NCBI GenBank assembly: GCA_003564295.1
Contig: PXFI01000086.1
Coordinates: 958-64,957 of the forward strand
From: Gemmatimonadota bacterium
GTDB taxonomy: Bacteria; Gemmatimonadota; Gemmatimonadetes; Longimicrobiales; Gaopeijiaceae
Reading direction: 5' to 3'
DNA length: 64,000 bases
The notes below the pieces were generated by a model. The model was not told the origin of the DNA, searched no databases, and worked only from the letters and a program-made list of their open reading frames with translations. Made by a program: the position numbers and the translations under genes. This document shows positions 1 through 10,188 of this stretch, piece after piece. The number at the start of each line of letters is the position of its first letter. Positions within the stretch are counted from its first letter, which is position 1.

Positions 1-167
1 AACCTGGCCGCTTCGGCCGCGATGGAGTCGGCGATGCGCTGGGCCTCCGCCAACTCCTCGGGCGTCGGGCCCGTGGGCTCGGGAGGAGGCGGCGGCGGCT
101 CCCTCCTGCAGGCACCCAGAAACAATACGGCGGCCAGGGCTGTCACGACGAAGGTACGGTGGTTCAT
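1..167 (-). CDS. Lipoprotein, 3' end cut by window edge (possibly Pal-type, judged only from its position after tolB)
   Basis: Hand translation from ATG at 167: MNHRTFVVTALAAVLFLGAC-RREPPPPPPEPTGPTPEELAEAQ... This is a hydrophobic signal peptide plus an LGAC lipobox. It lies 118 nt downstream of tolB on the same strand. Confidence 0.45.
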   Translation of the reverse strand, partial: MNHRTFVVTALAAVLFLGACRREPPPPPPEPTGPTPEELAEAQRIADSIAAEAAR

Positions 168-285
168 TCCAGCTCCCCCTCAAAAGAGTGTACGCCGAAA
201 ACACCTCTACAACTGCAATACTCCATTTGAATCTACGAAAAACCCCCGGCTATGCCAGATGGGGATTCGTTCGCGATCATATACA

Positions 286-1683
286 TCAAGAACCACTTTC
301 ACGCAATGCCCTTTCCACCGATTCCGCCAGAGAGGGCGACCACTCGGGATTCTGAACCCGAACGTTGGACACCAAGGTTCGGATCCGGCCCGTGGCGGCA
401 TCCACCACGAAGAGCCCGTAGCCAAAGCTCCGTTCTCCGGCGAAAACCAGATGACGCCCATCCGGAGCCCAGCTCGGGTCCTGGTTATCGCCGTCCGCCG
501 TCAACTGGAGGACCCGAGCTCCCCGGGCCGCCACCTCCGCAACCAGGATCTGGTACCTCCCGAATCGCTGGATGCGGCCGTGGAAGGCCACACGATTCCC
601 TGTGGGCGACCAATCGGGAGAGGTGAAGTATCCGGCCATGCCGGGCGTATAAGGCGAAATGAGATCGGCCTGCCCGCCCCGGGATGACACGACGTAGATC
701 TGGGGAATGTTGGTCCCCAGTCGGTTGGAGTTGAAGGCGATGCGGCTGCCGTCCGGGGAATATGTGGGGGAAATATCCTCCCACCGCCCGCCCTGGATGT
801 GAACCAGGCAACAATCCAGCTCCCAGTCGTAGCTGAAGAGCCCGGTCCGGTTGTGGCCGAAGAGCCCGAAGGCGATCTCCCTCCCGTTGGGATGGTAGGC
901 GGGTGTCACCTGTTGGCCCTCACGACCAGGATCCAACATCCGCACCCGCCCGGTCCGGAAGTCCAGCTCATGGATCTTTCCGGCTTCCCAATCCGGGTAG
1001 TGGACGTAGGCGAGCCTGTCCCCCGAGGGGTGCCAGGTGGGAGACTTGCTTATGGTCCCCTTGTTCGTGATCCTCCTCAGATTCTCGCCGTCGGAATCCA
1101 CCACGAACACCTCGATGGATCCGTCGGCCAGGACCCGGGAGAAGGCGATGCGACTGGCCGCCATTCCCGGCTCATCGAAGATCCACTCCACCACCCGGTC
1201 GGACACTCTGTGCACGGCCATGCGGAAGTGCTCCGAAACGGGATCGGGAAGGATGAAGCGATCCTGCTCCCTCACCTCCCCGTAGACCACGTCGTGGAGG
1301 GCCAGGACCAAGACATAGCCCTCCCCCAGGGCTTCGACCTGGCCGGTGAGGAGCCAGGTGGTCCCCAACTGATCCCACAGCCGGTAGTCCACCCCCTCCC
1401 CCAGGAGGGAGGCGGGGAGGGAGTCCAGCATGGTGAAACGGTTCGAGTACCGAAGACCCCGGGCAATGATGGCCTCGGCCGGGGAAGCGACCCCCCCTCC
1501 CCCGAATCGGCTGGTGAAGGGCTTGATGGCCAGGACCGGCGCGAAGCCCGCCTCATAGATGAGGCCGAGTCTGATCCCCGGAAAGGTGTCCCTGACCTCC
1601 TGGGCCCCGCTCCTACCGGGAAGGAGGCAGCCGAGAAGCAAAGCTGTAACTGTCAGGAGGTGGATCCGATTGACTACTCTCAT
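286..1683 (-). CDS. tolB: Tol-Pal system beta-propeller protein TolB
   Basis: 465 aa with a signal peptide. Repeated propeller motifs (SPTWHPSGDRLAY, SPTYSPDGSRIAF, SPDWSPTGNRVAF, DPSWAPDGRHLVF). Follows tolQ/tolR/tonB-like genes. Confidence 0.85.
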   Translation of the reverse strand: MRVVNRIHLLTVTALLLGCLLPGRSGAQEVRDTFPGIRLGLIYEAGFAPVLAIKPFTSRFGGGGVASPAEAIIARGLRYSNRFTMLDSLPASLLGEGVDYRLWDQLGTTWLLTGQVEALGEGYVLVLALHDVVYGEVREQDRFILPDPVSEHFRMAVHRVSDRVVEWIFDEPGMAASRIAFSRVLADGSIEVFVVDSDGENLRRITNKGTISKSPTWHPSGDRLAYVHYPDWEAGKIHELDFRTGRVRMLDPGREGQQVTPAYHPNGREIAFGLFGHNRTGLFSYDWELDCCLVHIQGGRWEDISPTYSPDGSRIAFNSNRLGTNIPQIYVVSSRGGQADLISPYTPGMAGYFTSPDWSPTGNRVAFHGRIQRFGRYQILVAEVAARGARVLQLTADGDNQDPSWAPDGRHLVFAGERSFGYGLFVVDAATGRIRTLVSNVRVQNPEWSPSLAESVERALRESGS

Positions 1684-1760
1684 TCAAACCTTCCATCCTT
1701 GGATCGTTGCCGTATTCCGCCATGATCCCCATCCGGCCCGGGACGGGCACGCTCCGGTCA

Positions 1761-2480
1761 TCAGTCCGGAGGCTGCCAGGGCACCGGCGAGAAGGAATCC
1801 CGCCCACCACCAGGGGGGCTGAAGGTGAAGAGGATGGGGAGCCGATCAAAGCCAAGCTCCGGGGGAAGGGGGCCGAGCCGCCCTCCGGCGCACTCCACCG
1901 CTCCCATGGCTGCGAAATCGAAGTTCACGTTTCCGGACCGCTCCACGAAGCGGAGATCCCTGCCATCCACCGTGCCGTCCCGGTTGATGTAGAAGAAGAC
2001 CGTGGTCTCGAAACGCCCGGTGCCCGTGAACCTCATGCAACGCCTGATCTGGGTGATGATGTTCGCGTAGTAGGCCGGAAAGTCCCGCCTCAGGCCCTCC
2101 ATCCGGACGTTCAGGTCCTCACCCCCCACGTCCACCGTCGGCTCCGGATCTCCCGGCTCCTCGGGCTCGGGCTCCGGAGTCGGCGTGGGGGTCGGTGTGG
2201 GCCGCTGCTCCTCACGCCTCCTCTCCTCCAACACCGGAGGCGGCACCGGTTCCACCACCGGCTCGGGGGTCTCCACCACCACCTCCGGCTCCGGCAGCGG
2301 TTGGGGCTCCTCCGCATACTGGGAGGGAGGCGGGGAGACCAGGGTTATCTCGTAGGTGAGGAAATCCTGGTACATGGGAGTGGAAGATGCCTGGGCCCAC
2401 CACGCCAGGCAGATAACCACGACATGGATTCCCACCGACGCGGCCAACGACTTCTTCCCCGGACGCTCCTGGTACCTCAT
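1761..2480 (-). CDS. TonB/TolA-like energy-transducer protein
   Basis: N-terminal TM helix (VGIHVVVICLAWW), a Pro/Glu/Thr-rich spacer (PTPTPTPTPEPEPEEP) and a C-terminal TonB_C-like domain. Occupies the tolA position. Confidence 0.7.
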   Translation of the reverse strand: MRYQERPGKKSLAASVGIHVVVICLAWWAQASSTPMYQDFLTYEITLVSPPPSQYAEEPQPLPEPEVVVETPEPVVEPVPPPVLEERRREEQRPTPTPTPTPEPEPEEPGDPEPTVDVGGEDLNVRMEGLRRDFPAYYANIITQIRRCMRFTGTGRFETTVFFYINRDGTVDGRDLRFVERSGNVNFDFAAMGAVECAGGRLGPLPPELGFDRLPILFTFSPPGGGRDSFSPVPWQPPD

Positions 2481-2482
2481 GG

Positions 2483-2908
2483 CTACCTTAACTCAAGCCG
2501 CGGATCCGCCACCAACCCGAACTTGATCCCCTCCACCTGCGAAATGATGGCGATGACGCCCAGTACTCTCCCGTACCATGCCAGGGAGTCTGCCCGGATA
2601 TACACCATCTGAGCCTGGGCAGCCCGGAGAAGCTGGGGGAATGCCGACTCGAACTCCTCAATGGCGACTTCCGTCTCCGCGATGAACACTCGTCCGTCCC
2701 GGTCCACGGTTACCCAGAACGGCTCGTCCTGGTGGGTAATGGGGGCTACACTGGCTTCCGGGACATCCACCTCCACGCCCCCCTGAAGCATGGGGGCGGT
2801 GATGATGAAGATCACAAGGAGCGTGAAGGCCACATCCACGAGGGAGGTGACGTTGATGTCTGCCCGAACGGCAACATCAGGCCTTCCGGTCCTGCGTCCG
2901 TCGTTCAT
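2483..2908 (-). CDS. tolR: Biopolymer transport protein ExbD/TolR
   Basis: 141 aa. Contains INVTSLVDVAFTLLVIFIITAP, typical of the ExbD/TolR family. Lies 6 nt after the tolQ-like gene. Confidence 0.85.
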   Translation of the reverse strand: MNDGRRTGRPDVAVRADINVTSLVDVAFTLLVIFIITAPMLQGGVEVDVPEASVAPITHQDEPFWVTVDRDGRVFIAETEVAIEEFESAFPQLLRAAQAQMVYIRADSLAWYGRVLGVIAIISQVEGIKFGLVADPRLELR

Positions 2909-2914
2909 GTCCTC

Positions 2915-3676
2915 TTATACCTTCCCTTCCCGTGCCAACGTTCCAATGAACTCGCTGGAGAACCCCTCCATTTCCCCCCTGACCAGGTTCAGTCGGGACA
3001 CGTAGTGGTTGTACCCGATGACTGCGGGGATAGCCACGGAAAGGCCCACCGCCGTGGTGATGAGGGCCTCGGCAACTCCCGGAGCCACAGCTCCGATGTT
3101 GGTGGAGCCCGTGGCCGTGATCCCCAGGAAAGCGTTCATGATTCCGATCACGGTCCCCAGGAGGCCCAGGAGCGGGGAGATGGAACCGATGGTGGCCAGC
3201 CAGGTCAGGCCCACGGCCATCTCGTCTCGCTCCTCCGCCTCCTCCTTTTCCAGGACCAGTCGAAGCGCCTCCAGTTGGGTCAGGGACAGGCCATCCCGCT
3301 TGGGTGCGTCCTGACGGAGAGCTCCCGGCCTGAGCTCACTGAAGAAGTTGACTCCCTGCCGGAACACCCGGCGGTAGGGAGACTCGGGCAAGCCGAGGAC
3401 GGCCTTGTAGGCATCCTCCAGGGTCTGGGCCCTTTCTATGGCTTCCAGGAAACGCTCTCCCTGAGCCCGGACCTGCCGAAACTGCCTCCATTTCCAGAAG
3501 ATCAGCCACCAGCTCACCAGCGAGAAACCGACCAGAATGAGCAGAACGATCTTGGTGGGTAGCGTTCCACCCACCACCATGTCCCACGCCGTCTTCGGGG
3601 TCCGGATTTGAAGCAGCATCAGACTTGCGTGGATCGACTGGACGGCCTCAAGGGCCGGAAAAAGGGGATTCCACAT
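2915..3676 (-). CDS. tolQ: MotA/TolQ/ExbB proton-channel protein
   Basis: Three TM segments and the conserved LLGLLGTVIGIMNAF motif. I place the start at ATG 3676 (MWNPLFP...), which shares one base with the upstream stop (TGATG). The ORF-track extension to 3754 overlaps the epimerase gene. Confidence 0.85.
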   Translation of the reverse strand: MWNPLFPALEAVQSIHASLMLLQIRTPKTAWDMVVGGTLPTKIVLLILVGFSLVSWWLIFWKWRQFRQVRAQGERFLEAIERAQTLEDAYKAVLGLPESPYRRVFRQGVNFFSELRPGALRQDAPKRDGLSLTQLEALRLVLEKEEAEERDEMAVGLTWLATIGSISPLLGLLGTVIGIMNAFLGITATGSTNIGAVAPGVAEALITTAVGLSVAIPAVIGYNHYVSRLNLVRGEMEGFSSEFIGTLAREGKV

Positions 3677-4638
3677 CAGGATGTCTCTCTCTCCTTGGCG
3701 ATGTACTGAAACGTCTCCCGGAGGCCTTCCTCCAGGCTCCATTGGCAGGTCCAACCCCGGGCGTTCAGACGCCGGGAGTCGAGGGCGCTGTGGCGAAGCT
3801 CACCGGGGCGAGCGGCCCGGTGCTCCCGTCCGGTCCGGATGCCGGCAATTCCCTCGAGGGCGCCGGCCAGACGATTCACGCTGACGCCCTCCCCCCTGCC
3901 GACATTGAAAGCCACCACATCGATTCCACCCTCTCCCGCAACTCCCATGTCTGAGGCTAACATATTGGCCGAGACCACGTCCTTCACGAAGATGTAGTCC
4001 CGGGTCTGCTCCCCGTCACCGAAGACCGTCAAGGGGGCCCGGGCAAGAAGACGGTCGCAGAATATGGCCACCACCCCGGCCTCGCCGAGCGGATCCTGCC
4101 GTGGACCGAAGACGTTCCCGTACCGGAGGGCCACGTACTCCATGCCGTGGACCTCCCGGTAGTAGTTCAGATACAGTTCTCCCGTGAGCTTCGTCACCCC
4201 GTAGGGGGAGAGGGGGAGCTTGGGAGCCGACTCGGGGGTGGGAAGAGCCAGGGGCTCTCCGTAGACCACCCCTCCGCTCGAGACGAAGACGAAACGCCGG
4301 GTACCCACTTCCCGGGCCCCCTCCAGGAGGCTCAGCAGCCCCAAGAGGTTCACCTCGGCGTCATGCCGGGGATCCACCACCGAACGTCGGACATCGATCT
4401 GGGCAGCGTGGTGGTTCACGAGATCGAAATGAACCTCCCGGAACAGGTGGAGGATTGCCCCGTCCCCGATGTCCATGTGCACGAAGGTGGCCCCGGAGGG
4501 CACGTTGCTGCGCTTGCCGCTGGACAGATCGTCCACCACCCAAACCCGGTCCCCCCGGGCAAGATAGGCGTCCGCCACGTGGCTCCCGATGAATCCGGCT
4601 CCGCCGGTGACCAGAACCTTCTTTGGTTGATCGTTCAT
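3676..4638 (-). CDS. NAD-dependent epimerase/dehydratase (GalE-like)
   Basis: VLVTGGAGFIGSH Rossmann motif and an SPYGVTK (YxxxK) catalytic motif. 320 aa. Confidence 0.85.
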   Translation of the reverse strand: MNDQPKKVLVTGGAGFIGSHVADAYLARGDRVWVVDDLSSGKRSNVPSGATFVHMDIGDGAILHLFREVHFDLVNHHAAQIDVRRSVVDPRHDAEVNLLGLLSLLEGAREVGTRRFVFVSSGGVVYGEPLALPTPESAPKLPLSPYGVTKLTGELYLNYYREVHGMEYVALRYGNVFGPRQDPLGEAGVVAIFCDRLLARAPLTVFGDGEQTRDYIFVKDVVSANMLASDMGVAGEGGIDVVAFNVGRGEGVSVNRLAGALEGIAGIRTGREHRAARPGELRHSALDSRRLNARGWTCQWSLEEGLRETFQYIAKERETS

Positions 4639-4800
4639 GATCCTGCGAGAGTCGAAGAGTCATCAGGCATGAGACCGCCATGGCGGCCTGAAGATAAGGG
4701 AAGGCCCCTTGTTCATGAAGGAACCGCGACCTGCGGCCGGTCGGAAGCGATGCGCCGGGGTCGAGGTGGCACGGCCCAACACCGTCCCGGCTACCAACCG

Positions 4801-6027
4801 CTACCGCATCTTTCCGACGAGGCGTACGTGGGTTCCAGGACCCAAGGTCGGGTCTGTCAGAGCTATGATTCGAGCGGTGGCCCGTTCTCCATCCACCAGC
4901 ACCACCCGGAGCCGTGCGAGCTCGGTTTCCGACGGATCCCCGGTGGCGTCATGGAAGGCCCCGAACTCATCCCCCACGACAATACCCAGGTCCGCCCCAA
5001 CATCCAGAAAGACAGTGGCTCCGTGCCCTCGGATGGGACGATCCTTGGGAAACCCCAGGATGACTCCTGTGACGGGGCTCTCCACGGGCTCGGCACGAGC
5101 TCCCGGCCGAGGCGTGTAGTCAGGAACTCGACGGACCTTGCTTCCGAGCAGGACTCTGTGGAACTGGGCACTCACCCATGCCTCCACCGTAGCCCCCTCC
5201 ACCGCCGTGACGGTGAGAATCCCGGTGGGACGCATCACCTGCCCCAACCCTTCCTGCCTCCGGAGGACCTCGAAGCTCTGGAGGAGATCTCCAACTTGGA
5301 GGTGAGCCCCCTCAAGGGGAACAACCTGCAGCTTTTCGAACCAGCGGGCTCGGTCCCACGAGGGGAGATCCGTCTGTTCTGGGACAACGTTCGAGAGAAC
5401 TCCCACCGATTCAGGCTCCCCCTCCAGATCCTCGAGCCACTCTGCGGCATAAACCAGGCCAAGGGGGACGGAAGGGAACACGTCCGGAGCCTCCCCGGTT
5501 ACGGTCTTGAGCCCCAGGTCACCAGCCGTCTGGTCAGCAGGTTGAGCGGTCCCGGGAGATTCCGGGCCGCGGTAGAAGGCCGTACGTTCTGACGGGGATG
5601 GCGATGGCAGGGGGCAACCCCGATCCCCCTCGGTGCCTCCGTAGAAGATTGTGCGGTTCGAGGGGCCTGGGCACGGCTCAGTTCCGATCAACGGCACCCT
5701 CGTCTGAACGCCAGGTGCTTCAGGCACCTGACCGGGATCCGGCACCCGGACCGCCACCTCCCCTACGGTGGCCGGCTCAGCCGGAAGCCCGGGGATGACG
5801 AAGATCTGACCCGGGAAGATCAGGTGGGGATTGTGGATTTCGGGCTGGTTGGCCTCGAAGATGAGAGGCCATCGGAACGGGTTGCCCAGGTAGCGCTCTG
5901 CCAGAGCCCAGAGGGTTTCCCCTCGTATGACCTCGTGGGTCCTCTCCTGGCCCCCCGCAATCTCCTGGCCTTGAACGAAACCGGAAAGAATCAGGATAGC
6001 CGCCGTCACCAGAGCCGACCTGGACAT
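4801..6027 (-). CDS. Secreted LysM domain protein
   Basis: Signal peptide MSRSALVTAAILILSGFVQG. LysM motif HEVIRGETLWALAERYLGNPFRWPLIFEANQ...GQIFVIPG. Long C-terminal region that I do not recognise. Start trimmed to ATG 6027. Confidence 0.7.
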   Translation of the reverse strand: MSRSALVTAAILILSGFVQGQEIAGGQERTHEVIRGETLWALAERYLGNPFRWPLIFEANQPEIHNPHLIFPGQIFVIPGLPAEPATVGEVAVRVPDPGQVPEAPGVQTRVPLIGTEPCPGPSNRTIFYGGTEGDRGCPLPSPSPSERTAFYRGPESPGTAQPADQTAGDLGLKTVTGEAPDVFPSVPLGLVYAAEWLEDLEGEPESVGVLSNVVPEQTDLPSWDRARWFEKLQVVPLEGAHLQVGDLLQSFEVLRRQEGLGQVMRPTGILTVTAVEGATVEAWVSAQFHRVLLGSKVRRVPDYTPRPGARAEPVESPVTGVILGFPKDRPIRGHGATVFLDVGADLGIVVGDEFGAFHDATGDPSETELARLRVVLVDGERATARIIALTDPTLGPGTHVRLVGKMR

Positions 6028-6108
6028 GATGGTTTCCTTTTTCTTATGAGACACGCATTTACGCACGCTCATCCATATCTTCAACAATACCCGGCCCCCT
6101 GCTGCCGG

Positions 6109-6672
6109 TCAACGAATTATTCTGAATTGACTACAAATGTTTTGTAAGTCTTTCACGAGAACCCTGGCATCCTCCGCAGGATTCCGGTAGTAGTCCGCCC
6201 GCACGGCAATCTGGATGAAGCCTCTGGCCCGATACAGGGCATGAGCCCTGGCGTTCGACATTCTTACCTCCAGGAACACACTTTCCACCCCCCGCTCCCG
6301 GATCTCGTCCAGCACCCGGTCCAGAAGGGCCGACCCTATGCCACGGCCCCGACGATCTTCCCGCACGGCGATGTTCCCCAGCTCGGCTTGATCCAGAACC
6401 CACCAGGACACGGCGTATCCCACAACCCCATCGTCAGGAACATCCGCCACCAGTACGATGGTCCTCTCCTGCGTGATGAGGGACCGGAAGGTCCGGGGAT
6501 GCCACGGGTTGGAAAACGACCTGGACTCGATACGGGCCATGGCACCCAGATCGGCGGGCTCGGCCCGGCGAATCCACGCCGGACAAAATTCGCGTGTGCC
6601 GGCACCACCCAGAGATTCGGGGGAATCTTTCCCTCGTTCCATGAGCATCCACCGCTCCGTGGCTCGGACCAT
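6109..6672 (-). CDS. rimI: Ribosomal-protein-alanine N-acetyltransferase (GNAT)
   Basis: GNAT motif VREDRRGRGIGSALLDRVLDEIRERG. Follows tsaE-tsaB. ATG 6672 shares one base with the tsaB stop (TGATG). Confidence 0.8.
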   Translation of the reverse strand: MVRATERWMLMERGKDSPESLGGAGTREFCPAWIRRAEPADLGAMARIESRSFSNPWHPRTFRSLITQERTIVLVADVPDDGVVGYAVSWWVLDQAELGNIAVREDRRGRGIGSALLDRVLDEIRERGVESVFLEVRMSNARAHALYRARGFIQIAVRADYYRNPAEDARVLVKDLQNICSQFRIIR

Positions 6673-7502
6673 CAGGCCTTCCACTTCCTCCTGGTCTTCC
6701 ACATCCGCTCAGCTCCCGATTCCCGGAGGTAGCTCGGCTCCCAGCGTCCTGGATCTTCCAGTGGTCGCCGGGCCGGATCGAGTGCCAGGAGGCGCAGCAG
6801 TCCTCTGGCGGTGGGCTTGCCGGCCGGGTAGGGGAGAACTTCATACCCCGCCTCCACGAACTGGGCCTGGTGCCGCCGGGCTCCGTCTCCCAGGAGTACC
6901 GCTCCCGGGGGAATGAGACCCTTCAGGACCTCGCCCACGGAGGTAGCCCGGGGGTCCAGGAGTGTTTCCGGGAACCCCCGGCCGAAGGCGTAGGCGGCGG
7001 CGTACAGCCGATCTCCCCGGGCATCGAAGAGCACGCAGCGAATGCTTTCCGGAGGGGTGCCGGACGAGGGGGGCTCCTCATGGAGCTCCGCCGCTGCTGC
7101 CACCAGGGACGAGAAGGCCCACAACGGAATACCCAGGGCCCAGGCCAAACCCTTGGCGGTGGCCGCCCCCACCCGGACCCCCGTGAACGATCCGGGACCG
7201 GCTCCCACCACGATTCCGGACAAGCGTCCCCGGTCCACCGACACCTCCTCCATGAGCTCCAGGATGCGGGGAACGAGAAGGGAAGCGTGCTCCTCCTCGG
7301 GCCGTAGAGGCCGCTGGGCCAGCATCTCCATACGGATCGGTGACCGGGCTCCCTGCCTCTCTGTCCTCTCATCCAGATTCCCACCCCCGGAGGGTGCCGA
7401 TAGGCCCAGCGCCACCGAACCTTCCTGTCCAGCCGTGTCCATGGCCAGCACCACCCCACCAGGAGACCACCCCACAGGGGAGCCCGCCCTTGCCGTACCC
7501 AT
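6672..7502 (-). CDS. tsaB: tRNA t6A biosynthesis protein TsaB
   Basis: VLAMDTAGQEGSVALG and GPGSFTGVRVGAATAKGLAWALGIPL are typical of YeaZ/TsaB. Sits between tsaE and rimI. Confidence 0.8.
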   Translation of the reverse strand: MGTARAGSPVGWSPGGVVLAMDTAGQEGSVALGLSAPSGGGNLDERTERQGARSPIRMEMLAQRPLRPEEEHASLLVPRILELMEEVSVDRGRLSGIVVGAGPGSFTGVRVGAATAKGLAWALGIPLWAFSSLVAAAAELHEEPPSSGTPPESIRCVLFDARGDRLYAAAYAFGRGFPETLLDPRATSVGEVLKGLIPPGAVLLGDGARRHQAQFVEAGYEVLPYPAGKPTARGLLRLLALDPARRPLEDPGRWEPSYLRESGAERMWKTRRKWKA

Positions 7503-8108
7503 CTACCTGTGCCCCCCTTCCCTCGAATCCACCTGCACGGGAAACCCCGGAAGATCCGGCGGATTACCGAAGCACGAGACCATCACCTCCCTCAGGAGCG
7601 ATCTGGGCTCCGGTATCCTGAGCTCGATCTCCCACCGATCCTCCGGAAGCAGGCTCCCGGCTCGTTGAGGCCATTCGACGAGAATGATCTCCTCCTGGAG
7701 TCCCAGCTCCTCCCAGCCCAGCTCCCACAGCTCCCCGGCCTCCTCGATCCGAAAGAGATCCATGTGGACCAGAGGGCATCCCCTCCGGGTGGGATACCGG
7801 AATAGAAGGTTGAAAGTAGGCGAAGGGATTGGACCATCCACCCCTGCTCCCTGGGCCACCGCCCTGGCAAAGACGGATTTTCCGGCTCCCAGCGGACCTT
7901 TCAGACCCAGGAGCACCGGCCCACGGATTTCACGGCCCACAAGATTGCCCCAGCGAACCACACTGCTCTCGGAGAGGATCACGACCGGCCTCCATGAGGA
8001 AATCCAGGGCCCGGACCTTCCTCCCGGCCGACCCGGCACGGGCCGGCTTCCGGCGCCATCATCCTTCCCGGGTCGATGGCCAGGGAGAGTCCCAAGGGGC
8101 TGGGGCAT
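7503..8108 (-). CDS. tsaE: tRNA t6A biosynthesis ATPase TsaE
   Basis: Walker A LKGPLGAGKSVFARAV and the PSPTFNLLFRY motif. The N-terminal ~40 aa are low complexity. GTG at 7982 would give a more typical 159-aa protein. Confidence 0.8.
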   Translation of the reverse strand: MPQPLGTLPGHRPGKDDGAGSRPVPGRPGGRSGPWISSWRPVVILSESSVVRWGNLVGREIRGPVLLGLKGPLGAGKSVFARAVAQGAGVDGPIPSPTFNLLFRYPTRRGCPLVHMDLFRIEEAGELWELGWEELGLQEEIILVEWPQRAGSLLPEDRWEIELRIPEPRSLLREVMVSCFGNPPDLPGFPVQVDSREGGHR

Positions 8109-8127
8109 AGATTCCGGCCCTGCATGG

Positions 8128-10188
8128 TCAGGTCTCCTCCACGGTGGCGCGGAGCTCCTCGGCCAGAGACCGGCGCCTTCGGCCCGCCCTACTTTTCGAT
8201 CCCTCCCCGGCGGCCTTCAGCTCGAAGAGCTGGTCCCGGAGGAGGGCGGCACGCTCAAAATCCAGGGCCTCGGCAGCCTGCCGCATCTCCTCCTCCAGAA
8301 TCTTCACGAACTCCTCCCGATCAACCTCGTCGGCGTAGGTGGGCGGGACTTCGGCCACCCTGGCGGGGGGCCGCTCCCGGGCGTCGGCAACCCTGGTGCT
8401 CAACTCGATTTCGGAGATGCTCTTCCGGACCGTCTCCGGGGTGATGCCATGTTCCCGGTTGAAGCGTAGTTGGATCTCCCGGCGCCGGTTCGTCTCGTCC
8501 ATGCAGATGCGCATGGACTCGGTGACACGATCAGCGTACATGATGGCCTTCCCCCTGACGTTTCGGGCGGCCCGCCCCAGGGTCTGGATGAGGGACCGGG
8601 CATCCCGCAGGAATCCTTCCTTGTCCGCATCGAGGATGGCCACCAGGGACACCTCAGGGAGGTCCAACCCCTCCCTGAGGAGGTTGATCCCCACCAGCAC
8701 GTCGATTCGCCCGAGCCTGAGGGCCCTGAGGATGTCCATGCGCTCGATGGCATCCACCTCCGAGTGCATGTAGCGCACCCGGACCCCTGCGCCGGCAAGG
8801 TACTCTGAGAGGTCCTCGGCCATGCGCTTGGTGAGGGTGGTGACCAGGGTTCTCTCCCCTCGCTTCTCCCGGTCCCGGATCTCCGCCAGGAGGTCGTCCA
8901 CCTGGCCCCGCACCGGCCTCACCTCCACCTCCGGGTCCACGAGCCCCGTGGGACGAATGATCTGCTCCACTACCACTCCCCCGGCCTTCTCCAACTCCCA
9001 CTCCGCCGGGGTGGCGCTGACGAACACCACCTGGTTCACCACCCTCTCCCACTCCTCGAACATGAGGGGACGGTTGTCCAGGGCGCTGGGAAGCCGGAAA
9101 CCGTGATCCACCAGGACTTGCTTCCGGCTCCGGTCCCCCCGGTACATGCCGGTGATCTGGGGAAGGGAGACGTGGGACTCGTCCACGACGAGCAGGAAGT
9201 CCCGGGGGAAGTAGTCCAGAAGACAGGCCGGACGCTCGCCGGGCCGCCTTCCGCTCGTGTAGAGAGAGTAGTTCTCGATACCGGGGCAGGTTCCCAGCTC
9301 CAGCATCATCTCGATGTCGAAGTTGGTGCGCTGCTCGATGCGCTGGGCCTCCAGAAGCTGTCCATCGGCCTGGAAATGGGCGACCCGGTCCTGGAGCTCC
9401 CGGCGGATGGCCGGAACCATCTCTTCGATGGTGCTTCGGCGGGTGACATAATGGCTGGCAGGGTAGATGGCGGTCCGTTCCAGGGTGGCAAAGATCTCCC
9501 CCGTGAGGGGATCGAACCGGGTGATGCGCTCCACCTCGTCTCCCCAGAGCTCGATGCGAACCCCCTGCTCCTCGTAGGCGGGGAACACCTCCACCGTGTC
9601 CCCCCGGACCCGGAAGGTGCCCCTCTCGAAGTCGTAGTCGTTCCGTTTGTACTGGATGGCCACCAAACCCTTGAGAATCTCCCGCCTACTCCGCTCTTCC
9701 CCTACCGCCAGGTGCAGCATGAGGTCTCGGTATTCACGGGGGTTGCCGAGCCCGTAGATACTGGACACGGAAGCCACGATGATTACATCCTCCCGCTCCA
9801 TCAGGGCCGACGTAGCTCGAAGACGCAGGCGCTCGATGTCCTCGTTGATGGAGGCGTCCTTCTCGATGTAGGTGTCGGTGGCGGGGACGTAGGCCTCAGG
9901 CTGGTAATAGTCGTAATAGGAGATGAAGTACTCCACAGCGTTGGAAGGAAAGAGAGCCTTCAACTCCCCGTACAGCTGGGCCGCCAGCGTCTTGTTGTGG
10001 CTCATGACCAGCGTTGGCCGCCCGTGACGGGCTATGACGTGGGCCATGGTGAAGGTCTTCCCGGTGCCGGTGGCACCAAGGAGCACCTGGAACCGATCTC
10101 CCCGGGCAAGGCCCAGACTGAGCTCGGCAATGGCCCGGGGTTGGTCCCCCATGGGCTCGTAGGGTGACTCGAGGCGGAACCTGGTCAA
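8128..10188 (-). CDS. uvrB: Excinuclease ABC subunit B
   Basis: 686 aa. [17 protein letters not shown], helicase motifs and a C-terminal UVR motif ([15 protein letters not shown]). TTG start overlaps the rel stop (TTGA). Confidence 0.97.
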   Translation of the reverse strand: MTRFRLESPYEPMGDQPRAIAELSLGLARGDRFQVLLGATGTGKTFTMAHVIARHGRPTLVMSHNKTLAAQLYGELKALFPSNAVEYFISYYDYYQPEAYVPATDTYIEKDASINEDIERLRLRATSALMEREDVIIVASVSSIYGLGNPREYRDLMLHLAVGEERSRREILKGLVAIQYKRNDYDFERGTFRVRGDTVEVFPAYEEQGVRIELWGDEVERITRFDPLTGEIFATLERTAIYPASHYVTRRSTIEEMVPAIRRELQDRVAHFQADGQLLEAQRIEQRTNFDIEMMLELGTCPGIENYSLYTSGRRPGERPACLLDYFPRDFLLVVDESHVSLPQITGMYRGDRSRKQVLVDHGFRLPSALDNRPLMFEEWERVVNQVVFVSATPAEWELEKAGGVVVEQIIRPTGLVDPEVEVRPVRGQVDDLLAEIRDREKRGERTLVTTLTKRMAEDLSEYLAGAGVRVRYMHSEVDAIERMDILRALRLGRIDVLVGINLLREGLDLPEVSLVAILDADKEGFLRDARSLIQTLGRAARNVRGKAIMYADRVTESMRICMDETNRRREIQLRFNREHGITPETVRKSISEIELSTRVADARERPPARVAEVPPTYADEVDREEFVKILEEEMRQAAEALDFERAALLRDQLFELKAAGEGSKSRAGRRRRSLAEELRATVEET

